A stretch of 44,659 nt of DNA from a virus (lineage: Duplodnaviria > Caudoviricetes), in the IMG/VR virus record IMGVR_UViG_3300030102_006518, positions 1 through 44,659 of that record; one strand, written 5' to 3'. Under the pieces are notes generated by a model. It saw nothing but the letters and a program-made list of their open reading frames with translations. It did not search any database and was not told the DNA's origin. Positions within the stretch are counted from its first letter, which is position 1, and the number at the start of each line of letters is the position of its first letter. Position numbers and translations under genes: made by a program. Shown piece by piece: positions 8,713 through 18,600 of the stretch.

Positions 8713-9138
8713 TTAATCTAACGGCCCTCCTTTACCGGAACTCATATAATCACCAAATTCTCGAGATTCTTTTGTATCTATTTGAACGTAGATTGGATGA
8801 TTATCAGCTCCTTTAGGACCAATTAAATAAAAAGAACTTATTCTTATACCTTCTAACTTATTACCTTCTTTTTCATGTTCTTGAACTACTTTTGCTACAG
8901 TAGCGTAAACTTCAAGTTTCCAACTTCCTTCAGGTTTAATTTTTTTAGTTGAAGGAGTAAACATACCGGTATCAGTAGGTACTTGAATGCTTTCTATAGT
9001 GTCAGGCATTCTTTTTAATGCTTGTTCAAATTCTATGAGAGTATCAGCATTACCTAGCCAATCAGTAATATATTTTTTACCGTTAATAATGCTAACGTCT
9101 TTTCTAAATCCTTCGAATATTATACCGGTTAATTTCAT
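8713..9138 (-). CDS. Hypothetical protein with MKLTGIIFE leader
   Basis: 141-aa ORF in a tightly packed operon. Confidence 0.7.
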   Translation of the reverse strand: MKLTGIIFEGFRKDVSIINGKKYITDWLGNADTLIEFEQALKRMPDTIESIQVPTDTGMFTPSTKKIKPEGSWKLEVYATVAKVVQEHEKEGNKLEGIRISSFYLIGPKGADNHPIYVQIDTKESREFGDYMSSGKGGPLD

Positions 9139-9269
9139 CTTCCTTGACCTCTATATTTCTTTTTATAATTTACGCTTCCTTTTGATCTAGATGTTTTAGT
9201 CTTAGCATGAATGCCAGGTCTCTTTTTTTTAACTTTAGCAAAAGTGCCGCCTAAATACGTTCTAGCCAT
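9135..9269 (-). CDS. 44-aa highly basic peptide MARTYLGGTFAKVKKKRPGIHAKTKTSRSKGSVNYKKKYRGQGR (not in ORF track)
   Basis: Manual translation; ATGA overlap with the downstream gene; no acidic residues. Confidence 0.75.
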   Translation of the reverse strand: MARTYLGGTFAKVKKKRPGIHAKTKTSRSKGSVNYKKKYRGQGR

Positions 9270-9271
9270 TT

Positions 9272-9337
9272 TTAACAATCACAGCAATTGCATTGACATG
9301 ATGTTCCACACTTACAAACTATACAATCGCATTTCAT
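9272..9337 (-). CDS. 21-aa Cys-rich metallothionein-like peptide MKCDCIVCKCGTSCQCNCCDC (not in ORF track)
   Basis: 9 of 21 residues are Cys; ATGA overlap with the upstream gene; TAA followed by a 2-nt spacer and the next ATG. Confidence 0.7.
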   Translation of the reverse strand: MKCDCIVCKCGTSCQCNCCDC

Positions 9338-9597
9338 AATTTAAATATTTTAACTTTTAAATCACCAGTTCCTTTTATTAACCGATGATATGTTTCCTTT
9401 GGTATAAATAGTTTGTTTTCTGATAATCTTTGTGGAAACTCGTTATCTAATTGGAACTGCCAATCGGTATTATGCAGGGCTTGAACTATTCTATCTTCTT
9501 TATCTCTATGCCACACGAACTCTAAAGCGGGAGTATTAGTAGAAAACTCTCTAATAACATATTGATCTGTAACTGTTTCTTTATAGGGATTGCTCAT
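9334..9597 (-). CDS. Small cupin-like protein
   Basis: VWHRDKEDR and LFIPKETYHRL resemble cupin motifs 1 and 2. Confidence 0.6.
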   Translation of the reverse strand: MSNPYKETVTDQYVIREFSTNTPALEFVWHRDKEDRIVQALHNTDWQFQLDNEFPQRLSENKLFIPKETYHRLIKGTGDLKVKIFKL

Positions 9598-9602
9598 AAG
9601 TA

Positions 9603-10169
9603 TTATATCTGACCTTGAGATGTAATCAAAATAGACCTTGATGAACCGTATGCAGTCCCCTGACTATTTGTGGCATAAGCTCGAATATAATAAGTAGTTC
9701 CACTAGGTGCAGTCAAAATTTGATTTGTAGATCTAGAAGTTGTGTATTGTCCAGTACCTCCTGTAGGATGTGTTTCAGTGAATTGATTGTTACTAAGTGT
9801 TGGGGCTGTAGTATTAGAAGAAGCAACATGTCCTCTTGCAGTCACGGTAGCTCCTCCAGTTGCACTTACGTTACCTATCATTGATAAAATACCGCTTGAT
9901 ACTGATACAGTTCCTGTACCTACTGTAGGTATAGTAAGACTGGTTTTATCATGGTCGTAGTTGTACCATTCACTCATTGCATGAGGGGTAGATGTATCTG
10001 GTCTGTTAGCTATACTATTAGCTGTATTAATAAGACCAAACTGAGTACCGGTTGACATATTTGTCAAACTTAAATTATTGCCAGGGTCAGTTGAAGTACT
10101 ATAATTATTATATCTCTTTTCTCTAGCTATTCCTCTCAAAGAAAGTGCTCCTGCAAATGGTACTGCCAT
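9603..10169 (-). CDS. Probable virion/adhesin protein with C-terminal FN3-like domain
   Basis: N-terminal MAVPFAGALSL...AMSEWYNY domain; VTARG...TYYIRAYATNSQGTAYG FN3-like motif. Confidence 0.6.
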   Translation of the reverse strand: MAVPFAGALSLRGIAREKRYNNYSTSTDPGNNLSLTNMSTGTQFGLINTANSIANRPDTSTPHAMSEWYNYDHDKTSLTIPTVGTGTVSVSSGILSMIGNVSATGGATVTARGHVASSNTTAPTLSNNQFTETHPTGGTGQYTTSRSTNQILTAPSGTTYYIRAYATNSQGTAYGSSRSILITSQGQI

Positions 10170-10181
10170 AATAGAAAATTT

Positions 10182-10970
10182 TTACCAGTATCCTGAAAAG
10201 TTTGAACTTCCGCCTAAAGACTTCCAGTATCTACCGATATTGCAAGACCAGTAACCAGCTTTAGTTTTATCTTTCTTCTGTGCACATTTATGTCTAGCAG
10301 CAAATGATGCTCTAGCACCTCTCTGTTTTAGTTTAACAGAAAGACCTGTGTCACCAAAAGATACTTTTTTAATATTACCTGTTTTTGGATTTTTAACGTA
10401 AACGTAGAATTTTTTAGAACCTCCTCGTTTAGGTTTATTTAATTGTACTTTTTTACCTCTATACTCAGCTTCAGGTATATAATCTACAGATGCTTTAAGC
10501 ATTTCGAATCCATTATAATCGAAAGTTTCATTCTGTATTGAAACTGCTTTTCTAAATTTATCCATATTCATAGTACCTCCTATAGATTCTACTAGTTCTT
10601 TAATTAAATCAAAATCTATCATTTCTTCTATAGAAGCAGCCTCATCGATAGTATTTTCATCTTCAATCATTTCATCGATTAGGTTACCAATTTCAAACAT
10701 TGGATTATAGTTTGGTGATACCATAGGTAAATCTAAAGGTACTCTCATACCATTATAATCTCCATATTCACCAATATCAGTAGACTCTAATAATAATTTA
10801 TCTTGATCATTAAGTTCTATTTTACCGTCTCTCCATGCTTCTCTAGCTTCTTTGAATAATTGTATAAAGGCATCAGAGCTATAACGGTAGACATGCTCAG
10901 ATAACGTTAGCTTTCTATCTAAATGGTACTGTAACGATGGGTATCCTATAATTTCTTTTATTTGTATCAT
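10182..10970 (-). CDS. Modular phage protein with basic C-terminal domain (KKFYVYV...KVSFG...RASFAARHKC...YWSC)
   Basis: Acidic N-terminal part, then E|AEYRG junction and a basic Cys-containing module. Confidence 0.65.
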   Translation of the reverse strand: MIQIKEIIGYPSLQYHLDRKLTLSEHVYRYSSDAFIQLFKEAREAWRDGKIELNDQDKLLLESTDIGEYGDYNGMRVPLDLPMVSPNYNPMFEIGNLIDEMIEDENTIDEAASIEEMIDFDLIKELVESIGGTMNMDKFRKAVSIQNETFDYNGFEMLKASVDYIPEAEYRGKKVQLNKPKRGGSKKFYVYVKNPKTGNIKKVSFGDTGLSVKLKQRGARASFAARHKCAQKKDKTKAGYWSCNIGRYWKSLGGSSNFSGYW

Positions 10971-11449
10971 GATATGTATTTACTAATTTTTTTCATAGCT
11001 TCTTCTGCTGATATTTCATTACCCATCCAATTATTATGAACATAATACATAACATCTTTAATGTTATCTAAATCCCCATTCATTTTTATACCTGAGTTAA
11101 TAACTTTTTCCATTTCATCGTTAGGTTCTGATAAGCTAGTGCTTTCATTTTTCATTTCGGGATGAAATAAAAATTTAACGATATTAGCATCTTTTGCTAC
11201 TTCTTTACCATCTATTTCTATACCAATTGGATAAGGCTTAGTTTTATCATCTGCCCAATAAGCTACGTCGTAACTTTTATCTTCATTACTTGTTACTAAT
11301 AATCCTCTGTTATATGTATCTTCTTCGGCTTGAAGTACAACCATTTTACCGGTTGGTAAGATCATATCGCCCATTAGTTTGATATCTCCTTCATCGTATC
11401 CATCGTCATTATAACGATTTTGTTCGAGAATTATATCAGTTAGTTTCAT
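10967..11449 (-). CDS. Acidic hypothetical protein with MKLTDIILEQ leader
   Basis: 160-aa ORF, ATGA-coupled at both ends. Confidence 0.7.
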   Translation of the reverse strand: MKLTDIILEQNRYNDDGYDEGDIKLMGDMILPTGKMVVLQAEEDTYNRGLLVTSNEDKSYDVAYWADDKTKPYPIGIEIDGKEVAKDANIVKFLFHPEMKNESTSLSEPNDEMEKVINSGIKMNGDLDNIKDVMYYVHNNWMGNEISAEEAMKKISKYIS

Positions 11450-11925
11450 TTAATAAAATCTTTTCTATAAAATTTTCCTAAAACATTATCGTTAATATAA
11501 ACGTCATCTTGCTCTAGTACTTCATTTATAAATAGGTATTTACATTCAAAATATGTTAATAGCTTTTTATTAGGAACATAACATAAGATTCTTCTCTCAA
11601 AGTCCATAGGATCACCTTCCTTAAGTAATTTTAAAATATCTTTATGAGATCCGTAGTAATCTTTCCAATCAGATTCGGTAATAACTTTCTGCTTAAGAGG
11701 TACTCTTCCTCCTATACCTTTAGCTTTTCTTTCTTCTTTTAAAGCTGCTAAAGCTTTTTTACCTAACTTTTTATTTCTTTCAAAAAATAGAACTTTTTTT
11801 CCAATATACTTTTTACCTGTAGGTTTATGTTTAGTTTCATAAATGAAACCATAAGTACCTTTAGGCATATCATCTATATCAGATACATAATATGATTTGT
11901 ATGTCCAACCTGGTATTGTGACCAT
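11446..11925 (-). CDS. GIY-YIG-like nuclease family protein
   Basis: YGFIY-x9-YIGKK, WKDYYGS, conserved E and YIN. Confidence 0.7.
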   Translation of the reverse strand: MVTIPGWTYKSYYVSDIDDMPKGTYGFIYETKHKPTGKKYIGKKVLFFERNKKLGKKALAALKEERKAKGIGGRVPLKQKVITESDWKDYYGSHKDILKLLKEGDPMDFERRILCYVPNKKLLTYFECKYLFINEVLEQDDVYINDNVLGKFYRKDFIK

Positions 11926-11931
11926 AATCTA

Positions 11932-11962
11932 TTAATATAAGAATTTTTTTATAAAATTACAA
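11932..11962 (-). promoter_or_regulatory. Bacteroidota-type promoter TTG-N20-TATATTAA
   Basis: Minus strand GTTG TAATTTTATAAAAAAATTCT TATATTAA. Confidence 0.7.
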
Positions 11963-11965
11963 CTT

Positions 11966-12679
11966 TTATTCTTGAGCATCTTTTTCTACTAATTCATCTT
12001 GGATGTTATGAGTTAAAAATCCTTCAGCGAAATAATTATCTACATCTTCTACATCTAATACCCCAGTTTGAATATTTTCATCTATTCTTTCTATACTACT
12101 TACTTCTATCCATTCTCCATCTTTATTAAAAATTAGTTCTCCTACTCTTAAATCCCTCGTTAAAACAAATTGTATACTTGTACCTTTAATTAAAAATGGT
12201 TGCTCCCAGGTAGCTTTAATAAGATTATTAATTAAGAAGTAATAATGATAAGTGGCTAATTTATTTTTAATTACTGTTGATGTGCTTAAAGTACCTGAAA
12301 GGTTATTAGTATACCAATTTACCCATTCTTCTTCAGTACCTATTCCGTCAATATTATAGGATACAACTTCATCTCCTTCTATAACATCTTCTATAGCTTT
12401 TGTTGTACCGTCTGCCATATTAATTAGAGTTCCGTAAACTAAACAACCATTATTTCCACCACTAGGCCCAGAAGGTCCGCTTCCTCCAGAGGACGACGAA
12501 GCTCCGTAAAAATCATCAAAATCAATAGTTGTATTTGTAGAGTTATTAATAGTTTTACCGGATGCTTCATTTAAAGATCTAATATCAGAATCATTTATAG
12601 AGCATTGAGTCTCGGTAGTACCGCCAGCTTCTACGTGTATATTATTTAAGGAAATCGCTCCTGATGTTTGTAATGCCAT
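11966..12679 (-). CDS. Tail-fibre-associated protein with C-terminal Hint (intein-like) domain
   Basis: MALQTSGAISL...FDDFYGAS domain, G/S/P linker, G|CLVYGTLINMADG...NYFAEGFLTHN|I. Confidence 0.8.
   Translation of the reverse strand: MALQTSGAISLNNIHVEAGGTTETQCSINDSDIRSLNEASGKTINNSTNTTIDFDDFYGASSSSGGSGPSGPSGGNNGCLVYGTLINMADGTTKAIEDVIEGDEVVSYNIDGIGTEEEWVNWYTNNLSGTLSTSTVIKNKLATYHYYFLINNLIKATWEQPFLIKGTSIQFVLTRDLRVGELIFNKDGEWIEVSSIERIDENIQTGVLDVEDVDNYFAEGFLTHNIQDELVEKDAQE
12005..12445 (-). other. Hint domain 1 (147 aa, Cys1...His-Asn, Ile+1)
   Basis: Block A CLVYGTLINMADG; block B ATWEQPF; blocks F/G LDVEDVDNYFAEGFLTHN. Confidence 0.85.
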
Positions 12680-12684
12680 AGTAG

Positions 12685-15600
12685 TTAGTTTTTAGATTCT
12701 AACTTCTTTTCTAGCTCGTTTACTTTAGCTGTTAGTTCTTTTATAGCTTCAGTAAGTACCGCTACCGTTGCAGAATAATCGATGGTTTTAACGTCATCTA
12801 TATTATCATCTAAGTTATTAGTAGTGTCGGTATAAGTTAATTCAGGAAGTTGCTTTTCAAAATCTTGTGCAATAAATCCTATCGAACTTCCTCTTTCTTT
12901 ATCTTTCCAGTCAAATGATACTCCTTGTAAGTTTAATACTTTATCTAATGCTCCTGTAATAGGTCTTATATTTTCTTTTAACCTTATATCAGAAGAAGTA
13001 GATGTTGTAAATGCGGTAATATTATCTCTAGCAAAAATTCTATAGACTATAAGGTTCCTCCATCTATTACCGCTACCTCCGAGATCGAATCCTGTTGACG
13101 TGCTAGTACTATTTGTATTAGGTAATAAATCATCAGATAATAGATTACCCCCTTTTACTTGGAATATAGTCTGTTTACCTGTAATACCTGCATCTTGTCT
13201 TACAGCTTTAATAAACTTATCAGCCCCTGATACTACCTGTAGTCCCCCAGCTTTTAATTCTACGAAGTTAGTAGGTAGTTTAACTTGTACCTGAGTATCG
13301 AATGAACCAACTGAGTCAAAAGTTTGAGATTGATTACTAACACTAAAGTGTGATTCGGTATAAGAAGTAATTCCTGAAGCATTAGTAGAATGGTTTCTAG
13401 CAGAAGAAGATTTTAAAAGCCACTTATACCTCAGCTTTATAGTGCCACTTTCTGATATAGTTAAAAGTACTTTTTTATTGTTTTGAGCAGCTGCGTTACT
13501 TTGAGCTCCAGTAGAAGCAGCAAAAGATACACTATTGTTCCAGGTAAATGTAGCAGTATTGTGGTGTATTATTTCATTCGCTATATAGTTTACATGAGGT
13601 GGAATTTTTAGAGAAACTACATTTAATTCTTCTTTTATTAGGTCTCTTTTAGTAACTAATTTCTTTTCTATACCGTTTCCTGTGTCTATAAAAATTTCAG
13701 TAAATCCAGGATTAACTTCTTCAACTTTTAAAGCTTCTCCATTTTCCATCCAAAATTCGTGACCGGAAGATACCTTTATTGCTTTACCGTCTACTTCAAC
13801 TTCATAATATTCAGCTCTAGTACTTTTCTTTACTTTACTTATTTTATCAGTAACAAATTTATTTTGAGTATAATCCCATACTTTTAATTCGTCTCCTTCT
13901 TGTAAATTTTTAGCTAATGTTTTATCTCCATTACCTAAAGTTACCAAAGAATTTTCATCAACTGATTCAAATGCTATTAAGAAGTCTAATGGAGAGCTAG
14001 AACTACCGCCTGATGAGTAACCACCGGAACTATTACCACTCGATGTTCCTGATGCTTGACTATAATTATATTGACTAGAATTACCAAACTTATGTGCTTG
14101 CGCTAGTAGAACTGAACCAATTTCAGTATTGGAAGAATTAAAAGCACATAAATATAAATCAGCACCTAAGAATGCTTTCCTTGGAGTAATTTTACCATGT
14201 GTTTGATTATTATAAGATGCATTATAACTCGGATTAGCAGTTGTACCTGTAGCTGAAACTGAAGGTCTTTTGACTGTAAAAGCTGGTACATTTAAGGTAA
14301 CTTCAAACGTACCTTTAGCATCTGCTGTAAAAGTGTTACTAGAAGCATCTGGGCCTTGTATTGAAGCAGTAGCTAATCCTGATAAAGCACTACTTCCTAT
14401 GACTCCATATGTTGGATTTGATACTGAGGTAGTAGAGGTTAAAGTAGACCAGTTTCCTCCAGAGCTTGGTATACTTCCTACATTAACGTTTGTAGTAGTA
14501 TCAGCAATAGGAGTTAATTCATCTAATGGAGATATAATTACTTTTTTCTCAGCACCAGAAAACATTTGAATTTCTGGTATATTAGGTTCAAAAATTATTT
14601 CGCTATTGTCGTCTCTTAATGCATTAGTAGTTTGGTCGATTACCCAATCACCTATCCTACCTGAAGTAGCGGTTATTTCACCTGTTATAGCAGCATCTTC
14701 TGCTGTCATAATACCTTCGCTATTTACAGAGAATTTAGGTGATGCAGCAGTTGGTACACTTATATTACCCCCTATAACACTTCCACCTTCTATATTACCT
14801 CCTACTATACTAGTACCTGCTATCAAACTACCGGTAATACCGGAACCTTGTACTAATCCTTTAAATTGAGCATCTCCTGATTGACTGATAAAGAAACCTT
14901 TCGAATGTATACTACCTGCAGAATTTAAAGTAATACCTGTACCGGTATTAAATCCTGAGGTATTTTTAGTACCAGAGAAGATTGCATCTGAATCAATTGT
15001 CCATCCTCCAACAAAGCCATCATCGAAGTTAGCATTAACACCTGATCCTGCGCTAAAATCAAACCAATCTAAGATAGGGTCATTCGTTACATCGAAGAAT
15101 GAAGAATCTAAGTAATAGGTTGTTGTAGCACTTTGATTACTTTCTGTTCTTTTTAGCGTATTATTATGGTAATATTTTATTGTAGCTCCATCATAACATA
15201 TCTTAAATACGTCCCCGTTACTTATTGATTCGTATGTCTGTATGCTATTACCGTTTTGGTAAATTTGAGAAGTCGTACCATTTATGTACCAGGCATGATC
15301 TATACTTGTAAAAGAAGTATTAGTAGAAGGGTCAGTGTTGAGGCCCATCATAAATCTTCTAGCAGATGCAACATTAGTTACTCTGAATATTACTTCTGCA
15401 CTTCCTGCCTGGCCGTGTAGAGATTTCATTTCACCGTTCCAGGAATTATCATTAGCTATTTTTCTAACTGATCTACCTACAAGTTCTAAGTTACTAGTTA
15501 AACTTAAGTTAGCAGCTAAAATTTGTGATTCATTAATAGAAGAACTTAAAGAAGCTGTTGCACTATTTAATGCTGCTGTTGTTGCTGCATTTCCTCCTTC

Positions 15601-18600
15601 AATATTAATATCTCCTGAGATGCTTAAAGTAGTTCCATTCCAAGATAATTTACTACCTAGGGAGAACTTACCTGTATTATCAGCATAGAATTTTGTATTT
15701 GAATTATTATGAGTACCGGTTCCTATATAGATTTTAGAAGTACCTAAAGTAATACCTCCTATAGTTCCTGAAGTTGCTTTTAATACTCCCGCTGGAGTAA
15801 CGCTAAATGGCGCTGAGGCGAATGAAGCATGTCCTAATTGAATACCTGAAGTAGGAGAGGCTTTAAAAATAGCATTACCAGAACCTATCTGTAATGAACC
15901 TACAAAGTTACCAGTAGCTGCAGATAATTCTCCTTTAAATACTGCGGCTCCATAATTAGTTATCCTAAAATGAGTAGAAGTTAGAGCTCCTCCATCTAAA
16001 TCAATAGCTGTACCTGCTGAAGTAAATGCATTACCGTTAGTATTACCTGAATGATTATTAGACTTAATAAGTCCTGTTTGAATCATATCACCAGCAATCT
16101 TAGTAGTATTACCTAAACTATGACCTCCAGCCATTGCTTGGAAAAGTACTTGTTGAGAAGTTGATGAATAAAAGAAACCAGCTCCTGGTCTTACAAAGTC
16201 TTCTGTTACGCCGTTAGTTATAGAATCGTATACAAATAACGGTGTTATAAAATTACCGTTTTTAAATACTGTGTATCTAGCTCCTGTAGGTAATAATCTT
16301 ATTCTAATTCTAAATTGTTGATTATCTGAGAAGTCTGTATCGTTAGTCCATTGAGCAGATGTAGTACCCATTAATTGTTGCTGAGTTCTTATTTCACTAC
16401 CATTTTCATAGATCCTGAACTGTCCGTTATGATGCATATAAACAGCATGGGACATTTGACTTCTACCAAAACTACTTGGTGTTTCTTTATATAAACCGAT
16501 AGCAGTACCTGGGTTTGTAGAACCAGCTACTACATCGAATTCAAATATAGGAGAATCACTTCTTGCAAAAAATGCATCTGAATGAAATCCTGCATCATGT
16601 GAATCGTTATTATTATTAAATCTATTTCCTAAAACCGGTGTAGTTAGAGTTGCTGTTGCTAATGCTCCTGTGCCGTTATCTGATACGAAAGTAGAACTAT
16701 CTAATGAGCCGCTAAATTGATAAGTTAATGAAGGACCTAATCCTTTGTTACCTATAATTAATCTATTTCCATCCCATGCTAGACCTTGATCTCCACTTCC
16801 GCTTAAGTAGAAGTTACCATCTTTATCCATATAGGTTAAGAACGTACCGTTGTTACCGCTATGGAATCCTAATTTTTCTGAATCAAAGAATAATCCTGGT
16901 CCAGTTATACTACCTGTAATAGCAGCTAAAGCAAATCCTGGTTGACCAGAAGGACCAAATGAATAAGAATCAGGATTAGCTAACGATGAAGTTGCATTAA
17001 TAACAGTTTGTAATTCTGCTTGAGAAGCAAAATCATTTTCATTAGTTACGGTAACACTACCGGATATAGTTAAGGTTGTTCCATCCCATGATAGGGCATT
17101 ACCTAAAGAAAACTTACCTGTATTGTCTGTGTAAAATTTAGTATCTGCATTATTATGGTTACCTGAACCTATATACATTTTAGTAGCATCTAATTCTATA
17201 CCTCCGATAGAACCGTCTCTAGCTATTATACTACCATCAATTGATAAATCTGTTCCGTCCCATACTAATCCACTATTTCCACTTCCTGTTAAGAAGAATT
17301 CTCCAGAAGAAGATAAATAAGCTTTCCATTTATCTGTATCGTAATAACCTAAGTTATTAGCGCTCATAAATAATCCAGTACCAGATGGTGTAGGATTAAA
17401 AGTAATCTTACCGGTATTGTCTACTGATCTAGTTATCGCTGTATCTGAATTAGCTACTGCTTGTGCTGCTTGTGCTGATGCTGTTGTGGCTAAATCACTA
17501 GCTTGATCTGCTGCTGCTGTATTACTTTGAATAGCTCCAGATAAAGAAGCTGATAGGGCTGCTGTTCCATCGTTTACACTTCCTGTTACATAATCTTGAG
17601 TGGCTGCATTACCTCCTAGTACGTTAATATCTCCTGATATAATTAATGAAGTTCCATCCCAAGCTAATTTATTAGTACCGCTACCGGTTAAGAAGAAACT
17701 ACCGTTATTAGACATAAATGTTGCAAACTTACTACCGTTGTAAAAACCTAGAGCAGAGTCACCTAAGTATAAACCTGCTGCTGTAGTACTAGGAGTAGAA
17801 ACTATTTTACCAGATGAATCTGTAAATATAGTAGCGGCGAAAGATGCTGAAGTTGAAGTAATTAACGCAGCTTGATCAAAGGTAGCATCTGAAGCTGTAA
17901 CCCATGTTGAACCGCTAAAAATATAAAGTCTATTTCCATCATTATCATCTATCCACATATCTCCTTGTGTACGTCCTGATGTAGATGGTGCATCGTTTTG
18001 TCTAAATACTGAATTTTTTCCTGATACTACTCCGTCAAATGCATCTGCTGTAGCAGCATGAGAAGCAGAGACTGTTAGTGCTGTAGCATCTGTTTGTGCT
18101 ATAGAAGCAGAAAGAGAACTAGATAAAGAAGCAGTTGCTGCATTAGTTGCAGCCAATGCGTTTGCTTGAGCTGTTGCTGCTGCGTTACTACCACTAGTTA
18201 CGGCATTAGCTGCTGCAGTAGCGGCAAAATTTTGTGCTGCTGTTTGTGCTGATGCTACGGAAGATGTAGTTGCTGCATTACCAGAGACTATGTTTATAGA
18301 ACCTTGAATAGTTAATTGACCTCCATCCCAAGATAAGAACTGACCATCACTTCCTGTTAAAAAGAAGTTACCATTATTAGCCATATAAGTTCTCCACTGA
18401 CTACCTGAATAAAATCCTAAATTAGTATCTCCTAAAAATAAACCTTGAGCATCTGCAGAAGAAGTATCAGGTGTTTGTACTAACTTACCAGATGAATCTG
18501 TAAAAATATCTAAAGCTACTGATGAAGATAAAGAAGCTGAAGTGGTATTGATTAATACTGTTTGATCATAAGTACCGTCAGGTGTAGCAGCAAATGAACT

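Noticed and set aside
11446-11925. GIY-YIG protein as the homing endonuclease mobilising the neighbouring Hint domains
   Set aside because: Only proximity supports it. It lacks an evident DNA-binding extension, and two of the three Hint domains cannot splice canonically, so they are unlikely homing elements
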